Below are positions 1-10,350 of a DNA stretch of 51,016 bases, one piece after another (the stretch's first letter is position 1; every line of letters begins with the position of its first letter). The notes under the pieces are model-generated. The model worked only from the letters and a program-made list of their open reading frames with translations, searched no databases and had not been told where the DNA came from. The DNA comes from a virus (lineage: Duplodnaviria; Caudoviricetes): the IMG/VR virus record IMGVR_UViG_3300036781_000120, positions 1 to 51,016 of that record, one strand, 5' to 3'. Both the position numbers and the translations under genes were made by a program.

Positions 1-2244
1 CTTTTGAGTTGTTGTAGTATTCCCTGCCAATCTAGTAGCTACTCCGCTTGCACCACCATAAATAATATCCCCTAAAGTAGTCATAGGGTTTACTAACGGC
101 GTAGCTCCAAGATTGCTGAGTGCTACCCATGTGCCGGGCGTTCCAGCAACAGTGCAAATCCATCCTAACGGCTGGCCCACAGTTGGAGTACTATTATAAA
201 CCTGGTCGTTAACAACCCACGACCCTGTAGTTGGTGCAGCGGATGCGTATATGCCAAACCCTTTTGATAATGCGCCCGGAGTAAATCCTAATGGTGTAGG
301 TTTTCCGGACTTACTCATAACTTGCCAAGCCGCGACGGTCGGGCTTATCATTACGCATTTTAACTTAACCCGGTCACCTATCGCACGAAGTACAATATCA
401 TTTGTTCCGTTTAGATTATAGTCCTGTATTTTATCGGCCGCATTGGGCCGGATTTGATAGGTTACCGCGTATCGATTATCAAATGAATATTCAATACCAA
501 CACTAGTTATAGCTAACGGTAATGTCGTTACGCTTGATACGCTTGATGCCAAAGAATATCCGGCATATGCCCCTGATTGTAAAGTTAAATTGCCTGATAA
601 ATCTATTTTAGGGGGTAATGTATAGGTTATACTCGCATTGGCTGTACGGGTTAAAACAGTATAGCCATTCGAGGTAGACAATTGCCCTGAGCAAACAGGG
701 TTAGTTATTGTTACATTATCAATACTTTGCCCCGATCCGCAATTCATCCAGATAGGCACAAGCATTAAAGGAGTTGCCCTTGTGTCGATTATTTTAGGAT
801 TGTTTATGGTTATTTTGCCTGTAGTGGTTTGAACTGCAATGTCAGCAATGTCTAAAAATACAACTACCCCGCACTGCTGTTCATTTGTTGCTGTAGAACC
901 TATTGTATTGGGGTCAATAACTGTTAAATTGTCTAACTGAACGTCGGGAGCCCCTGGATCCCAACGCGCAAAGTCAACCCCCCGTCCCACTGAATTTATA
1001 ATAGTTGCATCTGTAACTGTTATTTTACCGTATATAGGCGTTGTTGGCCTTATCCCTGTAGCGGTTAACAGGGGGTACGCAAAACGCAAAGCCCCGCTGT
1101 TGCCGTCCTGTAATGAGTTATAGCCAATAACAGTAACATTGAACTTTGGCCTTGTATAAAGAACATTAGTCATCGAACCAGGGACAATTTGTAGTCCTCC
1201 GCCAAAGTTGTTGTATGTGCTAATCCCTATCAGCTTAACGTCAATTTCATCCGTGCCTTTTCCGTTTGGCTCTACGTCAATGCCGTATGAAGGCGACTCG
1301 GTTGCTGTTTGCCCGGTATTTTTAAACATACCGCCTTGAACAACGCCCTTTGTCCAGCTAACTATAGAAAGCCCTTGCCTGCGATTATTATCGGCTATAG
1401 CGTTTTGTAATACGCCCTCGGTCGTGCCGCTGCCGAAGTAAAATCCGTCACCCCAACAGAATGATGCTTTGCAGTCATATAAACGCGGATTGGTTGCGCC
1501 AACCACAAAAAAACCGTAACCGTCTTCGCCCGAGCTCCCTGCATGCGTACCGACGTCGCCGACAACTTCAGCATTATAGATACTTACGTTTGTTGTACCT
1601 GATAAGTTAAAAAACGTATAGGCGTTGGCGGTTGTGGTCGCCATGGTGAGTTTTACGCCATTATCAAACCTTATCGTTGAATTATCTGCCGGTATTATAC
1701 CACCGCCAAAAAAACCTGTCGGGTAAGTAGGGTCCACCGGGTTAATTAAGTATACACCTTTAGTAAACCTTATGCCGCCCCCGATCTTACAAACCTTTTG
1801 CAATAGCTGCGTATCGTCTGTTGTCCCGTCACCTTTCGCGCCGAACCATTTAACATCCATATCGCCCACGTATTGCCGTACCCAGTAGCCCCCGCCGGCG
1901 GCAGCAAAGACAGTACCGCCGTTTACAGTGTATCCACTAGCAAACCATTTAAAGTTACCAGAAGTGTTAACATCGCGAATAAAAGCTTGTACCGAACCTT
2001 TTCTAACTAACGATTTTAAAGCTGCCGTATCATCAACGGTACGTGCCGTAGTACTCCTTGTATAAGAAACAGTCGGATACCAATGGATCCCCCCTATCTG
2101 ACCGGGCCAAAGCGCGCCTAAACTATCAGTCGCACCCACATCGCCCATCGTTTTAAATTGTACTGAGGGGATCGGTTTTTGAGCAAAGGCTGAAAAACTT
2201 ATTAGAATGAGGTAACTAAGCAGTAATATTTTTTTTATTTTCAT
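1..2244 (-). CDS. Tailspike/depolymerase-like protein with pectate-lyase-type beta-helix; N-terminal part, runs off the left end of the window
   Basis: Not in the ORF track because it has no stop in the window. ATG at 2244; hand translation gives MKIKKILLLSYLILISFSAFAQ..., DVKWFGAKGDGTTDDTQLLQ (Pectate_lyase_3-type start), WGDGFY/NNRRQGLSI/GIDVEPN beta-helix motifs and AAPTTGSWVVNDQVYNSTPTVGQPLGWICTVAGTPGTW. It follows the tail-tip genes. Confidence 0.8.
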   Translation of the reverse strand, partial: MKIKKILLLSYLILISFSAFAQKPIPSVQFKTMGDVGATDSLGALWPGQIGGIHWYPTVSYTRSTTARTVDDTAALKSLVRKGSVQAFIRDVNTSGNFKWFASGYTVNGGTVFAAAGGGYWVRQYVGDMDVKWFGAKGDGTTDDTQLLQKVCKIGGGIRFTKGVYLINPVDPTYPTGFFGGGIIPADNSTIRFDNGVKLTMATTTANAYTFFNLSGTTNVSIYNAEVVGDVGTHAGSSGEDGYGFFVVGATNPRLYDCKASFCWGDGFYFGSGTTEGVLQNAIADNNRRQGLSIVSWTKGVVQGGMFKNTGQTATESPSYGIDVEPNGKGTDEIDVKLIGISTYNNFGGGLQIVPGSMTNVLYTRPKFNVTVIGYNSLQDGNSGALRFAYPLLTATGIRPTTPIYGKITVTDATIINSVGRGVDFARWDPGAPDVQLDNLTVIDPNTIGSTATNEQQCGVVVFLDIADIAVQTTTGKITINNPKIIDTRATPLMLVPIWMNCGSGQSIDNVTITNPVCSGQLSTSNGYTVLTRTANASITYTLPPKIDLSGNLTLQSGAYAGYSLASSVSSVTTLPLAITSVGIEYSFDNRYAVTYQIRPNAADKIQDYNLNGTNDIVLRAIGDRVKLKCVMISPTVAAWQVMSKSGKPTPLGFTPGALSKGFGIYASAAPTTGSWVVNDQVYNSTPTVGQPLGWICTVAGTPGTWVALSNLGATPLVNPMTTLGDIIYGGASGVATRLAGNTTTTQK

Positions 2245-2245
2245 A

Positions 2246-2923
2246 TTATTTTTTAATCGTTATGTACATTGTTTCACTTGTTGTCGAGAGATCGTTTGTC
2301 GGACCATACACCCACCAACCGGTAAAAGTCCCCGGATCTGATAAATCCGCATAGGTTTTAACTTCATATAAATCTGTGCGTTTTTGAAGCGTATTCGGTA
2401 TGACGGCCCCCGTATTGTCTAACTGGGGGGTGTAGAACAATAATTCCGCATTGTGATCCATACTTAAATAGTCCGTATGGCTTAGAAACAAAGGGTATGC
2501 TGAACCTATTATTATCGGATTTACGTTAATAACGTTGCCGCCGGTATTGCTTAATATGTCGGTCCAAGTCCCATCTGTTCCCGGCTCTGCAATTGTTGAA
2601 GTATTTGCCCTCCAAAGTTTCCCGTCGTGGTCTACCACTGCGGGCGGTACGTAAGGCGTTTTTGTATTATCCCAGGCACCGGAATAAGGGCTAGCTGATA
2701 TCCCCGATAGTAAAGTGGATATTTGGGAAATCGTATAAAATTGATCTGTTAGAACAAGGTCAATAAAACCGCCACCATTCTTATTTAATCTATACGTGCC
2801 CGTAGGATTTCCCGAAATCTTTACTTGCGTAACGCTCTCTATAATCTCGTTAAAATTAGCATTGGCTTTTACCCGGAATCCGGTTTCAAGAGTATCGGTA
2901 GATTCGATTAATTGTATTGCCAT
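2246..2923 (-). CDS. Minor tail/receptor-binding adaptor protein with CBM5/12-like segment
   Basis: Lies between tail tip and tailspike; N-terminal DTLETGFRVKANANFNEI anchor-like motif; WDNTKTPY..VVDHDGKLWRA resembles a ChtBD3/CBM5-12 module. Confidence 0.55.
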   Translation of the reverse strand: MAIQLIESTDTLETGFRVKANANFNEIIESVTQVKISGNPTGTYRLNKNGGGFIDLVLTDQFYTISQISTLLSGISASPYSGAWDNTKTPYVPPAVVDHDGKLWRANTSTIAEPGTDGTWTDILSNTGGNVINVNPIIIGSAYPLFLSHTDYLSMDHNAELLFYTPQLDNTGAVIPNTLQKRTDLYEVKTYADLSDPGTFTGWWVYGPTNDLSTTSETMYITIKK

Positions 2924-5877
2924 TATGCGAAATTCTCAAATTTACATTGTTCAATTTCAGCTGGCAGCCCCGTTGCAGCTTCGAATTGTCCGAAATCCCA
3001 GCTGGAATACACTGAGCAGTCAAACGGTACGTTCAAATTTACATATTTTTTCCGCAAAACAAAATTTGCTAATTCACTTTCCGGGTTATAAGATAATTCC
3101 ATTAAAAAACCTTGCTGCGCATTCCCGTCGCAGTCAATAACGCTTATATAGCCGTTGTTCCGGCCTAATGGATCCCGGTTTTCAAAGCAGCGCCTTAATA
3201 AGCGAAGCGTGTCCCACGAAATACGCTTACTGAAAGTTATTTTTGTCGGATAAAAGAGCTTATCGAAATTACTAACTGCGGCCAATACCAGGCTATCGCT
3301 CTCCTTGAACACTTGTGTACTGTCGCAAGTATCGGGGGTAATTAATTGAGAGATAAGATCCCCATTTTTAGCGACAAAGGTATTTCGTATTATATCGCTT
3401 GGCTTTTTGTAAGCTAATCCGCTATTTACCCATTTACCCCACCGGTCGAACATTCGCGCGGGGGATTGCCTGATATTATAGGCTGTTTCCGCACCTATGA
3501 TACCTGAAGCTGTAAAATTTTCATTTGTTTCGGATTTAAATCCCGTTCCGCTACGTACCGAACTAACGGCAAAGTTATCTTCATCGTACGTCCAGCTATC
3601 CTCCGGCGTATCTAAAAACGCCTGCCGGCGTGTTAATTCAATAGCGTATCCGGAGGTTATTTGGGAACATTGCTGCGAAAGCTTCTGCTTAAAAGATTGT
3701 ATAGGCGTTAAGTAATCGTGCAGCGTACAAAATTCATCCAGTGTATTTGCAGACGAAGGTAAATTATTAGTAAATTTCTTATAGCCAAATTCGAGTTCGT
3801 TATAAATGATTCCTGTGTCAATATCTTCTACGTAATCGCTTACCTGGTCGAAAAGAATTATTTCCACATTCTGATAAAAGTAATCGAAACGCTCAAGCCT
3901 TACTACGTAGTTATTTTGGTTATTTAATTCGTAGCCTTTCCCTACGCAGTACATCGCGTTAAGCCCTTCTATAAAATCTTTAAAGGAAATTTGTATCGGT
4001 CTGTTTGCAATGTCAAAACCCCTGATCTGGTAACCGTTAGAATAGGCTATTAAAGCCGCGCAACCGTCGGCGGGATACCCGATATCCGTACGGCCTAATA
4101 AATTACTTACTAAAGCTCCCTGATTATCGGTAACCTCTTTAATAACAGCATTTGCCACCTCGAACGACATAAAAGCCTTCGTAGTTGTAGTTTTGGCCAA
4201 CGTATCGCCCGATAGGTTAAGCGTTTGATATACCTGGTCCATTTGCACCAGCCCGTCCATAACGCATCCGCGTTTTTCGCAGATATACTGCCCGTACAAA
4301 AACACTTCATCCCCTTGATTAAGTGTTAAACTGGTTGTGTATTCTGTTTGAAAAGCTACGTCGTTATATCGCGAATTAGTGAAACCCGACTGACCGCCCG
4401 GTAATTCGATAACGTTCGGGATATTATTAACTACTAAAAACCACTTATAAGACCAATAACCGTGACGCGGGCCGCAATTATGCCCTCCGGGGCAAATGCA
4501 AATAGACTTTTGATCTAATTTGATGTGGATAACCACGCTGAACTTTAAAGATATATTGAAAACGCCGCCCCCGTCTGTTTTGAACAGATATTGCCCCGTA
4601 ACTAGCGGGTTATCCGAGTATATGCCAAATGTTGGCGCATCTGGACAAAGATCGTTTTGTGTAGCTCCTGAAAGATCAAGGTAAGACCAATAGCTCAAAA
4701 AAGGCGCATCGCCTGAAGGCGCAGAACCGTTCCAGTCATTTACCGATAGCCCCCCTACTATATCTCCTGTTTTACCGCCGGTATTAACTATCGTGGTTTC
4801 CCGGATTAATTTGCTGTGTAAAGGCAGACTGATCGCGCCGTCTTTTAAACTAACTAACGTATCCGCGCGTGTTTCTAATAGATCGTTAAACGTTTTACGT
4901 TTTACGCCTACCGATACGTAATTTTCCTGCTTTTCGTAAACGTTAAAATCTACATAAGCGTCGAGCTCAGCGATAAAGGCTCCGTATTTATCGAAACCAA
5001 ACTGAAACCGTACTATAGCGTCATTTCCGTATTTATCGTGCTCTTCTATAAGTATTTGCCGTCCTGCGGGATCGTCAAACCGCAATTTTATATCTCCCTC
5101 GCTAAACAGATAGTCCACCCCGTGATAAGTATCGTCGCGTTTTAAAACTATAGCAATTTTATCCCAGTCTTTCGGCTCGTCTATTTCCCAGGTATCGGTA
5201 AGCGTAATCAACCTGAATTGATCCGGTTTCTCATATAGGTTATTAAGTGCTTCGGCGTCGTTCGGGTCGGGTTCAGGATATATACAAGAGCCGTCATTTA
5301 CCTGGGCCGCAGGATTGTAATTTGAAGCTGCGGGATCGGTACACCCGTATACGGGCCCAAAAGCAATAACCGAAAAGTCTTGTTGTGCCGTACAACCGTT
5401 CGAATCCTTAACATAAAAAGTGTAATCGCCGGGTGCAAGTCCTGTAAATACCGATACGCCCGGTGCCGAAAATGTAACTCCGTCTATAGAGCAGTTAAAA
5501 CTATCTGCCGAAGTAATGACGGTCCCGGTAACTGTTCCGTCTTTTGCGTTTAACGCAGTTTCGTTTGTGGCTATTAAATCACCGATAATCAGGTCGCAGC
5601 TATCTGCGCTGGAACAACTATCAGGTGCCCCGACGGTCATAGTTACAAATGGAAAGGCTGTTGCTGCAAAAAATCGGTAAGCTACATTAGCAACGCACTG
5701 CATATTATCACCGTGCACAAGCTCTTCCCCGTCGGTATATCCCCAGTTAGCAGGGTCTAGGCTTGGCAAAGGATGACCGCCGAAAAAGCTCGTTCTTAAG
5801 GAATTATCGTCAGTATCGAAAAAAGCTTGGTAAGTCACACCCGCATAGGTAAAACTGTTTTTAAGAATCATACTCAT
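2923..5877 (-). CDS. Tail tip/hub (central fibre) protein
   Basis: 984 aa directly downstream of the tape measure gene; contains an SprB-like repeat (FTGLAPGDYTFYVKDSNGC) and a GCTDPAASNYNPAAQVNDGSC motif. Confidence 0.6.
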   Translation of the reverse strand: MSMILKNSFTYAGVTYQAFFDTDDNSLRTSFFGGHPLPSLDPANWGYTDGEELVHGDNMQCVANVAYRFFAATAFPFVTMTVGAPDSCSSADSCDLIIGDLIATNETALNAKDGTVTGTVITSADSFNCSIDGVTFSAPGVSVFTGLAPGDYTFYVKDSNGCTAQQDFSVIAFGPVYGCTDPAASNYNPAAQVNDGSCIYPEPDPNDAEALNNLYEKPDQFRLITLTDTWEIDEPKDWDKIAIVLKRDDTYHGVDYLFSEGDIKLRFDDPAGRQILIEEHDKYGNDAIVRFQFGFDKYGAFIAELDAYVDFNVYEKQENYVSVGVKRKTFNDLLETRADTLVSLKDGAISLPLHSKLIRETTIVNTGGKTGDIVGGLSVNDWNGSAPSGDAPFLSYWSYLDLSGATQNDLCPDAPTFGIYSDNPLVTGQYLFKTDGGGVFNISLKFSVVIHIKLDQKSICICPGGHNCGPRHGYWSYKWFLVVNNIPNVIELPGGQSGFTNSRYNDVAFQTEYTTSLTLNQGDEVFLYGQYICEKRGCVMDGLVQMDQVYQTLNLSGDTLAKTTTTKAFMSFEVANAVIKEVTDNQGALVSNLLGRTDIGYPADGCAALIAYSNGYQIRGFDIANRPIQISFKDFIEGLNAMYCVGKGYELNNQNNYVVRLERFDYFYQNVEIILFDQVSDYVEDIDTGIIYNELEFGYKKFTNNLPSSANTLDEFCTLHDYLTPIQSFKQKLSQQCSQITSGYAIELTRRQAFLDTPEDSWTYDEDNFAVSSVRSGTGFKSETNENFTASGIIGAETAYNIRQSPARMFDRWGKWVNSGLAYKKPSDIIRNTFVAKNGDLISQLITPDTCDSTQVFKESDSLVLAAVSNFDKLFYPTKITFSKRISWDTLRLLRRCFENRDPLGRNNGYISVIDCDGNAQQGFLMELSYNPESELANFVLRKKYVNLNVPFDCSVYSSWDFGQFEAATGLPAEIEQCKFENFA

Positions 5878-8800
5878 AACTTGTTTCTGTCCCTCACTGA
5901 TTTAATCCGGCTATTAGCTGTACGCCTGTAATGTGCGTGTCCGCGTTCGTCCCAAACGTTTTGTTCTAAAGGTAGTTTGCTTACTGCGTTGCTTACAGCA
6001 TTGCCCATGCGCTCGTAATCGATATCCTGCTTTCCTGTATGCGTAGAAATATAAGTATCGTAAATTTGTTTGGACTTACTTACCTGTTCTGAGTTATTAA
6101 CCTGGTTATCTATGAAACGCGCGGTATCATCTGCCCGGATAACTTTTTCGTCTTTTTGTAAATAAGTATACCCGCGCTGACCTTTGTTAGCAAATCTACC
6201 TTTACCGTTTTTAACTAAGAGCTCAGGACCTTTTTCGTTCACTTCGGCAAATGTAGCGGGGCCGCTTTCACGGCCTTTTTCGAATTGCGGAACGGGTTGC
6301 GAGGCGACGATAGCTAATTCAGCTAAACCTAAAGCAGCTATCGCAGAAGCTAACACTATGCCAAAAACACCCGATTGAGCGAACACCTTGCTTACAGCTA
6401 CGGCGGTATTTATGAGAATTTCTATTTCCGCAGCCGCTTTTGCGTTCTTAGCCTGTTTGGTTTTCTCCGCGTTTATTTTTTTCGTGTACTCCGCCTCTAT
6501 TTTCTTTTTAGCTTCTGCATTTGTCCCAGCGCTATCTAAGGCATACTGCATTTCTGTTTCTAGTGCTGCCTGCCGCGCTTTAGAGGCGTTTATCGCAAAG
6601 TCAGTATAAGCGCTCGTAGCATCTATGGCAACCTGGGCGCCGTCTTTGATCGCGTCCTGCGCACTTAATCCGCTAAGATTGCCTGAAGCATCTTTAGTAA
6701 AAGCGTTAACTGCGGTACTCGAAAAATCACTTAGGAGTTTACTTAATCCGGCATTTCCGGTTACTGATCCGACTACGGATGCCGATTTTTCTAAAGTACT
6801 TATTAGGTCTTGCATCAAAGCTTTTTTAGCCTCGTACAAAGCTTTGTCTCTTGCTAAAGAGTCGGCATTATGTCGTTTTTCTAACTCGTCTATTCGCTTA
6901 TATGCTTCAGCGGCTTGCGTACTTTGTGCACCGGAGGCATTAACCACCAACTCGTATTTTATCTGCAAAGCTTTTTTCTGCAAAACGTATTCGTCGTCCG
7001 ATTGCTTTTCCTGCGAGGTCTTAATAGCTAACTCGTATTGTTCGATAGTTAACTTTCTATCTTTATAAGATTTTAAAGTAGCATCATTCGCTTTGTCGTA
7101 CGCTTTTTCGAGTTCACCGAGTTGTTTTTCAGTATCGTTTAATTCTTTGCTTAAATCCCCTTTTATAAAAGCTCCCGCTAATCCCGCGGCTTCATCTGAA
7201 GTAGAAGGGTTTAAACTCGAAGCTGTTAAAACAGGCTGATTGCCTCTGTTCGCAAATGCTTGCCGTTTTTGGGCGTTAGCTAAATCTTCGGCTTGCGCGT
7301 CTTTCCATTTCGTGAATTTTTCAGTTAGATTTACGTAAGCATCTGCTAACTGTTTAGTATTTTTAGACTCCTTGCCTTGGTTTTCCGCGTAATCCCGGAT
7401 AATGCTATCCTGTAAGGCTAACATAGTTTTTTGTATTTGTTCTTCGAGAACAGCAAAACCGTCTTTAGCCTCTTTTGCAGATCCTGATAAATCGTGTAAT
7501 CGTTTCTTTAGCGCGTCTATCCTATTGTTTATAGGGCTACCATCTATTGCGCTACCCGGTAATTTACTTAATTCGGAAATTCGCGCGCGGATTTGCGTTA
7601 TGGAAGTTAAATCGTTGTCGTCTATTTCTTTTATATCTTTCTTAGTTCCGTATATATCCTTATATATAGTCCGTAATTCATTTAGTAACCGCTGTTGAGC
7701 ATTATAAAAACCAATATCCTCATTGTGACCTTTTACTGCTTTTACATAAGCCTGATCCCGAATAGCTGTTTGTGTTTTTAACAACTCCAATTGTTCTTTT
7801 TGAGAAGCCGCAGCAAAATCGTTTATAGCTCCCTGATTCCCTGAATTAGCATCATCTTTATGCACGGAATTCGCAAAAGCGCTTAAAGCTTGGTTTTGAC
7901 CCCCGCCTCCGATTCCCAGAGATCCTATTCGTGCTAACGTTTCCGTCCAAGTAGTAGAATTCCATAAACCTAAAAGTCGTTGTGTCAGGAAAGTTATTTT
8001 ATCTAAAGTAACCTCGAAAAATGTTTTTACGTGAGTATTTTCGTCAACAGCCTCGGTAAATGTATTTTTTAATTTATTAACAGAGGCTTGTAAACTATTA
8101 ATATGAGTTATCCCAGGGGCTACTGAAGCGTTCAAACTTTCTGCGAATTTAGGTAGCACTTCGGAACTTATTATTCCGCCTGTTCTTTCTAGGTCGTGTA
8201 ATTTAGATATCGGAACGCCCAAAGCGTCAGCCATGGCCGCGGTAGCTTGCGGAATGTATATCCCTAATTCGTTTTGCAGATATCTTGCTTGCACAGTTCC
8301 AGTTTCCATCATTCGTGATAACGCTCTTAATGCGCTTGTCGTTTGATCGCTAGTTATGTGCATAATCCCCGCCGCGCGCGCAACCGCTTGGAATATTTTA
8401 TCGCTTTCTTGTAAATTAAAATTAGAGGCTTTGGCCGCGCCGGTGAAAGTATCATACGCCCTTGTTAGATTAGTAAACTCTAATCCGGTTTTATTGGCGG
8501 TATCTTTTAACGTATTTATTTTAGCGTTCGCAAAATCCGCACTACCTAAAATATACTGCAATGCGACGCGATTAGCATCTGTTTCTAAAGCCGTATCAAA
8601 GACCTTAGTCGCCGCCGCTATCGCCCCTTGCAAAGTAAAATACCCCGTTACTAGGGTAGTAAGGCTATCCTGCAAACCTCCTAAGGCCGATTTATAATTT
8701 CCGACATTCCGCTGGTGATTACCCATCGAAGCGTCAAATGCTTTTAATTTATCGTTTAACTCATTATAAGCCGCTATCTGCCCTTTTAGAGCCGGATCGG

Positions 8801-9557
8801 TAGAAGTAAAGCCATCCTTCGCATTTTTAATATCGTTGCCTAACTGTTTAAGTTTTGCAGAAGCTTCGTTATAACTGCCGGTAGCTGCTACCTGGGCCTG
8901 TGCAGCTTGCTTATTGGCTAAAGCCAACGCTGCAATAGCTTGTCGTGATTGCGCGGTCGCCAGCGTAGCCGCTGACTGCGCGGCCTGGTTCTGCTTAATC
9001 GTAGTTATGTACTGCTGATTAGCCAGGTTAGAAGCGGAGATAGCGGACTTGTTATTTTGCTGAGTTGTTATAGCTTGCTGAGTAGCCAGCTTTGCCGCTT
9101 CTATTGCGCCTTTCTGTTGAGTGAGAAAAAGATTTTGCTGTTGTATAGATAACTTGGTGGCCTCTTGCTGCGCTTTTAAATTCTGTTGTTCGGTCGCATA
9201 ATTAGCGGCCGCTACTTTCGCGTCGCTGATAGCCTGTTTATTAGCATTTAAAGTGCTATTCATGCTATCGATCGCCGCTTGCTGGTTCTTAATCTGCGTG
9301 GTAAGGGCTACAACTTGTTTAGCGTAATCGACTATAGCTTGCTGGCTGGCTTCGTCAATTAGCTTGATAGTGCGCGAACCCATCGAAGCGTTAAGCGCTT
9401 CTATCGCTTTCGTTGCTGCGTTTACGGAAGTATTTATCCTTTTGAAGTCAGCAATCACAGCCGTAGAAAACTGATCCGCTGTAGCCTCGCAATCGCGTAT
9501 AGCGGCGTTAAGGCCGTCAATGTCGAAAAGTTGTTGATACGGAACTGGATTTGCCAT
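5874..9557 (-). CDS. Tail tape measure protein
   Basis: 1227 aa, Ala/Gln-rich helical protein with a tape-measure domain (ALRALSRMMETGTVQARYLQNELG) and the typical C-terminal FEKG...AEVNEKGPEL motif. Confidence 0.9.
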   Translation of the reverse strand: MANPVPYQQLFDIDGLNAAIRDCEATADQFSTAVIADFKRINTSVNAATKAIEALNASMGSRTIKLIDEASQQAIVDYAKQVVALTTQIKNQQAAIDSMNSTLNANKQAISDAKVAAANYATEQQNLKAQQEATKLSIQQQNLFLTQQKGAIEAAKLATQQAITTQQNNKSAISASNLANQQYITTIKQNQAAQSAATLATAQSRQAIAALALANKQAAQAQVAATGSYNEASAKLKQLGNDIKNAKDGFTSTDPALKGQIAAYNELNDKLKAFDASMGNHQRNVGNYKSALGGLQDSLTTLVTGYFTLQGAIAAATKVFDTALETDANRVALQYILGSADFANAKINTLKDTANKTGLEFTNLTRAYDTFTGAAKASNFNLQESDKIFQAVARAAGIMHITSDQTTSALRALSRMMETGTVQARYLQNELGIYIPQATAAMADALGVPISKLHDLERTGGIISSEVLPKFAESLNASVAPGITHINSLQASVNKLKNTFTEAVDENTHVKTFFEVTLDKITFLTQRLLGLWNSTTWTETLARIGSLGIGGGGQNQALSAFANSVHKDDANSGNQGAINDFAAASQKEQLELLKTQTAIRDQAYVKAVKGHNEDIGFYNAQQRLLNELRTIYKDIYGTKKDIKEIDDNDLTSITQIRARISELSKLPGSAIDGSPINNRIDALKKRLHDLSGSAKEAKDGFAVLEEQIQKTMLALQDSIIRDYAENQGKESKNTKQLADAYVNLTEKFTKWKDAQAEDLANAQKRQAFANRGNQPVLTASSLNPSTSDEAAGLAGAFIKGDLSKELNDTEKQLGELEKAYDKANDATLKSYKDRKLTIEQYELAIKTSQEKQSDDEYVLQKKALQIKYELVVNASGAQSTQAAEAYKRIDELEKRHNADSLARDKALYEAKKALMQDLISTLEKSASVVGSVTGNAGLSKLLSDFSSTAVNAFTKDASGNLSGLSAQDAIKDGAQVAIDATSAYTDFAINASKARQAALETEMQYALDSAGTNAEAKKKIEAEYTKKINAEKTKQAKNAKAAAEIEILINTAVAVSKVFAQSGVFGIVLASAIAALGLAELAIVASQPVPQFEKGRESGPATFAEVNEKGPELLVKNGKGRFANKGQRGYTYLQKDEKVIRADDTARFIDNQVNNSEQVSKSKQIYDTYISTHTGKQDIDYERMGNAVSNAVSKLPLEQNVWDERGHAHYRRTANSRIKSVRDRNKL

Positions 9558-9576
9558 TGAATAAATTTAATGATTG

Positions 9577-9593
9577 GCAAAACCCCTTTTTGC
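9577..9593 (-). promoter_or_regulatory. AGGGG-loop leader hairpin, copy upstream of tape measure gene
   Basis: Minus strand GCAAAA-AGGGG-TTTTGC, 19 nt before the ATG; related copies at 16786-16806 and 20815-20831. Confidence 0.6.
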
Positions 9594-9669
9594 TGAGTAA
9601 AAGTAATAAAAAATTATTTGTAAAAATAAATTTGTTATTGTCGGTTAAAGTGGTATATTTACGGTCATT

Positions 9670-9843
9670 ATGACAAGAGCATTAAAATACCCGGTTAAGA
9701 TAGACACGAAAGTAACTTTGGAAACTGAAAAAGAGTTACGGCAATTGGCCGAAGACGACGACCGTAAGTTCGCGGATATGATCCGGGTTGCGCTTACGCG
9801 CGGTATTCGTGAAATTAAACTTGAAAAATCATTAAAACCATGA
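9670..9843 (+). CDS. Ribbon-helix-helix (CopG/Arc-like) DNA-binding protein, 57 aa
   Basis: Below the ORF-track cutoff. MTRALKYPVKIDTKVTLETEKELRQLAEDDDRKFADMIRVALTRGI has the beta-helix-helix pattern; preceded by TATATTTAC. Confidence 0.7.
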   Translation: MTRALKYPVKIDTKVTLETEKELRQLAEDDDRKFADMIRVALTRGIREIKLEKSLKP

Positions 9844-9941
9844 GAATATTAATCATTATCACCGGGTGTGTTTTACAGCTTATCCCGGTATTCTTTATTC
9901 TGAAAACATTTTTCATAAATAAAATCTGGAAACAATTATGA
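9840..9941 (+). CDS. Small membrane peptide, 33 aa
   Basis: MRILIIITGCVLQLIPVFFILKTFFINKIWKQL; ATGA overlaps with both neighbouring genes. Confidence 0.55.
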   Translation: MRILIIITGCVLQLIPVFFILKTFFINKIWKQL

Positions 9942-10138
9942 ACCTAACCGAGAAAAAGAAAATTCTTTATAAAGAAAAACCAACCGCAAACAGGTTACAC
10001 AGCGATCCGGATCATTTCCATTACTGGACTGAAACCTCAGCCGGCGCCATACATTTTAAAGTGCCTGTAAAAGAAATGGGCGAACTGCCTTTCGGAGAAA
10101 CTGAACAAGGACAATTATTAATACGCTGGATACAATGA
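9938..10138 (+). CDS. Hypothetical protein
   Basis: 66 aa; ATGA coupling on both sides. Confidence 0.7.
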   Translation: MNLTEKKKILYKEKPTANRLHSDPDHFHYWTETSAGAIHFKVPVKEMGELPFGETEQGQLLIRWIQ

Positions 10139-10350
10139 AAACAGCTTTAGTAAAAACAGAGAAAACCGCTGAGGGAGGTAAAATTACTATCCGGATCGTA
10201 GATAAAATTCCAGCCGGAGAAAGCGAATATGTACGAAACGTTAAGATCGCTTCTTTAGGCGTTACTTTTGTTGCTATTCAAGTTAACGAGGATACCGATT
10301 TATTTTCAAACCCGTTTTTGTTTAACTACATTAAAAGTTTGTTAGTTTAA
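10135..10350 (+). CDS. Hypothetical protein
   Basis: 71 aa; ATGA-coupled; converges on the tail gene 10347-11825. Confidence 0.65.
   Translation: MKTALVKTEKTAEGGKITIRIVDKIPAGESEYVRNVKIASLGVTFVAIQVNEDTDLFSNPFLFNYIKSLLV

Noticed and set aside
6184-8697. Plus-strand ORFs antisense to the tape measure gene (and similar shadow ORFs over portal, primase, MTase and polA)
   Set aside because: They are shadow frames of well-supported genes, with no leaders or recognisable motifs.
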